NCBI GenBank assembly: GCA_052327205.1
Contig: CM126235.1
Location: forward strand, 1,612,001 to 1,676,000
Length of the DNA: 64,000 nt
Direction of reading: 5' to 3'
Source: Somniosus microcephalus
Taxonomy: Eukaryota
Below the pieces are notes generated by a model that searched no databases, was not told where the DNA came from, and saw only the letters and a list, made by a program, of their open reading frames with translations. The position numbers and the translations under genes were made by a program. Below are positions 63,561-64,000 of the stretch, piece after piece. How positions within the stretch are numbered: position 1 is the stretch's first letter; each line of letters begins with the position of its first letter.

Positions 63561-64000
63561 TGTAGTGTCCGAGGATCAATAATACTCAGGCTGCAGGAGA
63601 ACAATAAAACAGGTATTTACTGAACAGGGAGTAATTCAAGACTGAAATACAGAAGCCTGCTATGGCTTTATATACAGGGGTGGTCACTGCCGGTACTGCA
63701 GTATAGAATCAGTTCTTCTCTTAAAGGCACATACACAACAATTCCTCCCCTTTTAGATAAACAGTACATAACATTCATTTAACAACTAAATAATAACTAA
63801 TTACAATTACAATTTTCTCTGTACTATATACATCAACTGAAATAATCATTTATAAGTTCAGTCTTTGAGGAGGCTTCCTGATCCTGACTGGATAGCACCT
63901 TTCTCGAGTATCCTGTTCTTGCGGCGGAGTTGATTCTGGCTCATTGTCAGTGGTTGGTTCGTCAGCTTCCAATACCACTGCTTCTGAGGTAGACGCAATC
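63561..64000 (-). mobile_element. 3' end of a Mag-like Gypsy element (3' LTR 63561-63740, PPT, pol tail)
   Basis: TG..CA LTR; ttcctcccctttt is a PPT complement; minus frame ..ERCYPVRIRKPPQRLNL*. Confidence 0.85.

Overview
Eukaryotic, repeat-dense, non-genic DNA, most likely from a cartilaginous fish (shark-type CR1, L2 and RTE LINEs, Deu-domain SINEs, Harbinger elements). No native host exon could be supported. Larger elements: a near-intact Gypsy LTR retrotransposon (17945-22271), a CsRn1-like Gypsy (41902-46060), two Harbinger copies with related MITEs, and the 3' end of a Mag-like Gypsy at the right edge. The main finding is a Mag-like LTR element (48615-53406; both LTRs, tRNA-Ser PBS, PPT and GTGAG TSD present) whose RT/RNaseH/integrase region is replaced by intronless host cDNA. 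The cargo is STK10 (LOK/SLK family) pieces in permuted order across an apparent back-splice junction, as expected from a circular RNA template, with a multi-Ig obscurin segment nested inside, nearly all in one reading frame. Second, the 17945-22271 Gypsy has no tRNA PBS but carries a perfect 14-nt complement to its own LTR poly(A) region (self-priming geometry) and a YLDN RT motif. Protein identities and exon boundaries are recognised from memory, not from database searches. Boundaries of decayed repeats are approximate.
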